Source of the DNA: Phoronis australis
Taxonomy: Eukaryota > Animalia > Phoronida
Direction: 5' to 3'
Length of the DNA stretch: 64,000 bases
Assembly: GCA_002633005.1 (NCBI GenBank)
Contig: NMRA01000056.1
Span: 257,165 to 321,164, forward strand
Shown here: in pieces, positions 62,357 to 64,000 of the stretch
Layout of the letters: every line of letters starts with the position of its first letter
Position numbering within the stretch: position 1 is the stretch's first letter
Translations under genes and position numbers: made by a program
The notes under the pieces: generated by a model
Told to the model about the DNA's origin: nothing
The model's database searches: none
The model's input: the letters and a program-made list of their open reading frames with translations, nothing else

Positions 62357-64000
62357 CGTGGCAGCATTATGCCCACCTTGAATTTATCCTTGAATATGCC
62401 AGAAAAAATTGTAAATAGAACTATTGTTTGTGTGTTACTAGTTTGTCATGTGTGGTATGATTACAACAAATCTGACAAACTGCCGTATTGATGACAAAGG
62501 GACTTGCCAATAATAGACTGCATGTGTCACAGATCCTCCGCGAATTAAACTGAGAGTCGTGGGCGACGGAAAATAGATGACTGAGATTTGTTGGCGACCA
62601 GCAATGACAAAACACTAGACTTAATTATTGATAACAAGCTTATGGTTAATCAAGTGTTTGTTTTTTGGCCAGTAAACTTTTTCATTTGAAATTGGATTAT
62701 ACGCTTCTATGAACTCATCCACCAGGATTAATTGTTTTGAATGAGCTTATGCCTCTGCTAAATATGATCATGTGTTACGAGTCCTTTCGTTTCACTAATT
62801 TCAGCTTTAAGCGCTGGCATAGTTTCTATTGGCCACGGACCACCATCGGAGTTAACCACCACACACGCAGCACGCTGTTCTAGAGAGACTCTGGGATGTG
62901 ACATTTGACCCCTCTGTAATAGTGGCCAGTCTTTTAAGTCTTTGATGTGCGGCATAATGAAATTATTGTACGCCATCGGAGCAATTAGACCCAAGATAAA
63001 AACAACAGTTTTCCATTATTGTCATCCGGATAATGAACCTGTTATATGCAGATGGGACTTAGGTCAACCTGTTGACTTGTAGATGGTTCCCGAGTTCATA
63101 TCAAAGCCGGTGTTATTTTTGACTAACCTCATTTTTTACTAATCATCAAAAAATATTGTTGTGACTGTTCCGTGTAATAAATCGGATGAGCAGTTGATTT
63201 GACAGATTACGACCATGATGTTGAGGTTGTGAAGTGAACAGCACTAGATGATATAACGAGGTTTGACGCTTGCACTGGTGGAAGTAATCTAATTAGTGTG
63301 CAGGTAAATTGATTAGCACGCATGTGAGACACAGTTCAGGTGTCTCCTGACTCCCTGAACTTAGCCTTGTGGTCTGGCCAGAGGTTGTTTGCTACTGATC
63401 ATTTGGTATTGTTTTGAGTCAACATAGTGTTGGGGCGTCTGGAGTATTCTTGTTCCTGAAGCGATGCTCTGAAATTAAAAGCTCTGTTTATGTGTGCATG
63501 GTGCATGGCCGAAGGGCGATGTTTTTGCCCTTGTTTTAGTTATCTTTACCTATGCTTCAGAGAATATTACCTATCAGGGGCACTGTTTCTTTCAGTTCAT
63601 TTGAAGTATCTGCCACTAGGTAAACAGCATGTTGGATATTACATTGGCTGTCACCCCTTGAGAGCTGCTCCATAATGTCCTTTAAAGAACTGAAGATGAA
63701 AATTGTCAACATGCAGTGTATGAATGAAAAACAAACTTTCAGGTATAGAATTGGATAACACAATAGAAAACTAGTCTTACGAATTCAAGAAACTAGGAGT
63801 AATTCCTCCTGTACAATAACACCGGACAAGTAAAATTTTATTTTCTCTTGTTTTCACGTCCTGCATGTTTTCTACTGCCAGGCACTGTTTTGAAAAAAAT
63901 GACTGGGGATAGTCCCAACAATGCTAGAAGACCTTGAAAAATGAAAATTGTCCAGTATTGGAAAGCAACAGACCGGAAATTTGAGGTTAAAACATGTGAT

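Noticed and set aside
58219-64000. Next PDE4 exons (LR1 and UCR2, LEELDWCLDQLE)
   Set aside because: Not found by eye and probably beyond the window. A poorly conserved short LR1 exon could have been missed.

Overview
AT-rich, CpG-poor animal genomic DNA, probably from an invertebrate bilaterian; no prokaryotic gene system or CRISPR array is present. The window lies inside one + strand gene, a long-form cAMP-specific phosphodiesterase 4 (PDE4/dunce family). Two coding exons are clear: 489-674 (…[26 protein letters not shown]…) and 58117-58218 ([23 protein letters not shown]…). Together they encode the UCR1 regulatory module and are joined in frame across a 57,442-bp phase-2 intron. The intron holds several candidate alternative 5' exons, the best at 31891-32065, which would give isoforms lacking the PKA site. 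It also holds many small non-autonomous DNA transposons (one nested, one with a decayed HIRAN-like ORF, two THAP remnants) and a tRNA-derived SINE. Other structures are a tRNA-like core flanked by inverted hammerhead-like arms, tandem repeats, and two ~150-bp-period arrays of CTCF-like motifs (the second lies just after exon 58117-58218). All alignments were done by eye, so repeat-family names are provisional.
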